DNA from: Phycisphaerales bacterium
GTDB taxonomy: Bacteria > Planctomycetota > Phycisphaerae > Phycisphaerales > UBA1924
Reading direction: 5' to 3'
Length of the DNA: 64,000 bases
Assembly: GCA_965227775.1 (NCBI GenBank)
Contig: OZ245777.1
Span: 1,248,001-1,312,000, forward strand
A program made the position numbers and the translations under genes. The notes under the pieces were generated by a model. It saw only the letters and a program-made list of their open reading frames with translations, was not told the origin of the DNA and ran no database searches. Each line of letters opens with the position of its first letter. Positions within the stretch are counted from its first letter, which is position 1. Positions 59,746 through 64,000 of the stretch are shown in pieces.

Positions 59746-61911
59746 TTATTCGCAGCCCACGACGAAGCGCGACTGGAACAAGATGAAGTCGAACATCGTC
59801 AACTCACCGTCATGATCGAAATCGGCCCGAAGGTCGCCGTCTCCAAACGCGGCTTGGTAGCCCACGAAGTCGAAGATCGTCAGCCGACCATCCCTGTCGA
59901 AGTCCGCCTCGCAGATCGACACGACGGGACCACCCTGGATCACCAGCGAAAAGTGGGCATCGATTCCCGGGGTCGACAAGTCGGCGTCTTCGTTGATCTC
60001 CTGGGCCAGGACCTCGACGGTCCAGATGCCCGGTGCGGCATGCTTGATGAACACGTTCTCGATGGTGTCGACCTGGTTGCGGCGTCCCCCGGGCTGTGAG
60101 AACAGGCCGTCGTGCAGCCCGACGTTGCCGTGGTAGATCGTGCCGTCCGGCGCCGTCACGCGCACGTCGAGGTCGTTGATCCGGTGGATCCTCGAGGCGG
60201 GATTGCCGGCGGGGTCGAGGTAGGCCATCGTGATGCGGAGCGGGCCGCCCTGCGGAGGGAGTCCCACGAGATACTCGGCGCGGTCGCCGGTGCGAAGCAG
60301 CGTCCACGATTGATCGACAACAAAGATCGAATCGCCGGCGTTGTACAGGCTCGAAACGTCGGGTGCCCCCCAGCCCTGCTCCTCACGCGAGATCTGGTCG
60401 CTCATGGGCCAGGGCGTGGCGGTGTTGATCATCATGGCGCGCGCAGTGGTCGCGCTGGGCCGGTTCTCGAACACGTCGCGTAGCACGTCTCGGTCGTTCA
60501 TGAACACACCGATGCCCCAGAGCTGGTACAAGATGCCGAAGTGGCCGGCGACGATCGGGGTCGCGGCGCTCGTGCCATTGAAGGGTGCGTACGCCATGGG
60601 CCCGGCGCTGCTGGTCGTATCGATGCCGTCGTAGAAGTGCGAGAGGTCGGGCTTGATGCGCCCGTCGGCAGCCGGGCCCGTGCTCGCCGCCCAGTGGTAG
60701 TCGTCGCTGCGCGTGAGCGTGCTCTCGTGGTTGATGCCGCCGACCGAGATGATGTTCTTGGCCCAGGCCTGCGGGCGAGAGTCACGGTTTCCCGAGTTCG
60801 ACTGGCTCTGCGTGATGAGGATGTCGTTGAAGAACGCGATGTCGTCCATCTGTGCCGAGATGGTCGTGTAGTCTGTCGTGCGCGGATCACCCCAGCTGTT
60901 GGTCTGGAACACCGCGCGATAGGGTCCGTCGGGGTCCACGAGTTCGGCCGTGTGCTCGTAGCGACCCGGTCCCAGGTCGAGAAACCCGAGTTCGGGATAG
61001 CTCGCGAAGATGCCCTGGCCGTCGGGAAGCATGCCCTTGTGGCGCGCGTCAACGTAGCCATCGCCGAAGACGATGCCATACACCGCGGTGCCGTGCGCTG
61101 TGATCGGGCCGTTGGCGTTATGGATGATCGGCGGCCTGGCCTGGAAGTCGGCGTGGCTTGTCCGAAGCCCGCCATCGAGCACTTCACCGCGCACATCGTG
61201 ACCGGTGAACCCCAGCCCGTGCAACCTGTCGCCCCCACTGAACAGGCGGACGATGTCCATGTCGACCTCGGGCGCGCCCTTGGCGTCGATGAACAGGACC
61301 TCCGATCGATGGGCCACGGCCGCGAGCTGGTCGAGCGAGAGCGTCGCCTCGATGCGATAGCCGAGCGGCTCGAAGCCGTGGACCTCGCCGCCGAGCTCGG
61401 CGATCGCGTCTGCCACGGCTCGCTGATCCGGCAAGCCTCGACCAAGCATCTGGATCGAGTAACGTGTCGGGGTCGAGTAGTCGGAGCCGATGGTGATGGC
61501 CTGGAGCAACGGCTCGTCGAGCTTGTAGGCCGGGTGGAAGGGGCCGACCCAACGCACGTGACCGAGCGCCCGCACGCGGTCTGCGATCGCCGCATCCATG
61601 CGCACGATGTAGGCGTTGCACGGCAGGAACCGGCCGATCTGGCCGCCGGCGTTGGTGATGGCGGCGCGAGACTCGTCCGTCGCGCGTTCCTGCAGCTGGA
61701 CGATGTATGCGCCCGGCTCGTCCGAGCGGAGCTCGTGGGGAACGGCGGGGACGACCGAGAGCGGGTCGAACTGCGCGTAGCGGAGCTGGATGGTCTCGGG
61801 GTCGTGCTGGGAAACGCTCGTGGATCCGGCGAAGACGGGCGGGCAAGCCAGCGGGAGCAAGGCGGCAATCCAAGCCGCCCGCGCCCGCAACGCGGATGTT
61901 TCAGAGAGCAT
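59746..61911 (-). CDS. Secreted S8 (subtilisin-like) serine peptidase with GC-type dockerin-like domain
   Basis: Triad motifs VLDGG, HGTAVYG, GTSAATP; DGRIKPD; C-terminal CEADFDRDG...VVGCE. Confidence 0.9.
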   Translation of the reverse strand: MLSETSALRARAAWIAALLPLACPPVFAGSTSVSQHDPETIQLRYAQFDPLSVVPAVPHELRSDEPGAYIVQLQERATDESRAAITNAGGQIGRFLPCNAYIVRMDAAIADRVRALGHVRWVGPFHPAYKLDEPLLQAITIGSDYSTPTRYSIQMLGRGLPDQRAVADAIAELGGEVHGFEPLGYRIEATLSLDQLAAVAHRSEVLFIDAKGAPEVDMDIVRLFSGGDRLHGLGFTGHDVRGEVLDGGLRTSHADFQARPPIIHNANGPITAHGTAVYGIVFGDGYVDARHKGMLPDGQGIFASYPELGFLDLGPGRYEHTAELVDPDGPYRAVFQTNSWGDPRTTDYTTISAQMDDIAFFNDILITQSQSNSGNRDSRPQAWAKNIISVGGINHESTLTRSDDYHWAASTGPAADGRIKPDLSHFYDGIDTTSSAGPMAYAPFNGTSAATPIVAGHFGILYQLWGIGVFMNDRDVLRDVFENRPSATTARAMMINTATPWPMSDQISREEQGWGAPDVSSLYNAGDSIFVVDQSWTLLRTGDRAEYLVGLPPQGGPLRITMAYLDPAGNPASRIHRINDLDVRVTAPDGTIYHGNVGLHDGLFSQPGGRRNQVDTIENVFIKHAAPGIWTVEVLAQEINEDADLSTPGIDAHFSLVIQGGPVVSICEADFDRDGRLTIFDFVGYQAAFGDGDLRADFDHDGELTMFDFILFQSRFVVGCE

Positions 61912-62170
61912 TGTGGCGGGGTGTCCTTGTCCGGCCCGGACGCTCGGCCTCCGAGCCGGCGTTGCGGGTCAAGGGTTTTGTGACCGGCGCGGGCAAGCGT
62001 GCCTGGCGACGATCGACTTCGCACAGCTTAACGAGCGATCGCGGCCAAAACATTGAATTTTGCTGGGTTTCTATGGGTAAATAGGTATTTCAGACAAAAT
62101 AGCGAAGTAGAGATTGGGTGGTGTCCGCCGCCTGCTCGGACGGTGAACGGTCGGGTATTTCCGAGCGGTT

Positions 62171-63588
<1,418 letters not shown>

Positions 63589-63592
<4 letters not shown>

Positions 63593-64000
63593 GGGACGAT
63601 CCTGGCCGGCGCCTCCGGCTCCTTGATGGCCCGCTGCAGACGCAGCGCCTCTACGCGCTGGGTGAGTGTCCACAGGCGGATGAACCCGCCCGCGTGCTTC
63701 TGGTCGTACAGCGGGGTGTCGCTGAACGACGCGAGCCCGGGGTCGTAGATCGCCGCGTCGCAGCGACGCTGCTCGACCGTTGCGTTGCCCTTGGACAGGC
63801 GGACCACGACCTCGCCCGACAGACGTGAGGCCATCGACTCGGCAGCAGCGCTGATGGCCTGACGCAGCGGCGTGAACCACTTGCCGGCGTAGACGAGCTC
63901 GCCGAAAGTGGTCGCCATGTGCTCGCGGTAGCGGCGGACGTCGCGATCGAACGCGAGCTCTTCGAGGCCGCGCAGGGCGTTGATGAGCACCGTGCCCGCG
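63589..64000 (-). CDS. argG: Argininosuccinate synthase, C-terminal part (runs off the window)
   Basis: ELVYAGKWFTP, SGEVVVRLSKGN, YDQKHAGGFIRLW; upstream of argH. Confidence 0.92.

Overview
64-kb window of a high-GC bacterial chromosome. It most resembles a planctomycete (Phycisphaerales-like), judged from PEP-CTERM-like 'PAP' sorting signals, Cys-flanked GC-type dockerin tails, an MshEN-like Ser/Thr kinase and a DUF503-containing nusA-infB-rbfA operon. Content is mostly core and metabolic: apaG, kynU plus ACMSD, a Cache/HAMP/PP2C phosphatase, plsY, a peptide ABC operon plus a separate permease, xseAB, prepilin peptidase, OmpA-family lipoprotein, lpxK, maf, a nitrilase-family amidase, infC, exbD/tonB-like, truD, Glu dehydrogenase, rpsA, a B12 acyl-CoA mutase, yebC, nusA-infB-rbfA, fliM, dsbD and argH/argG. 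I saw no rRNA, tRNA, CRISPR array, transposase or integrase. Best leads: (1) a possible cohesin-dockerin surface display system, with four secreted dockerin-tagged proteins and a PEP-CTERM-anchored protein of cohesin-like pattern (inference); (2) infC starting at an ATC codon behind a ~245-nt hairpin-rich leader; (3) about eight genes with a leaderless TANNNT-N5-8-start layout; (4) isobutyryl-CoA-mutase specificity residues in the mutase; (5) an unannotated 26-aa ORF convergent with rpsA. All product calls come from motif recognition by eye; no database search was run.
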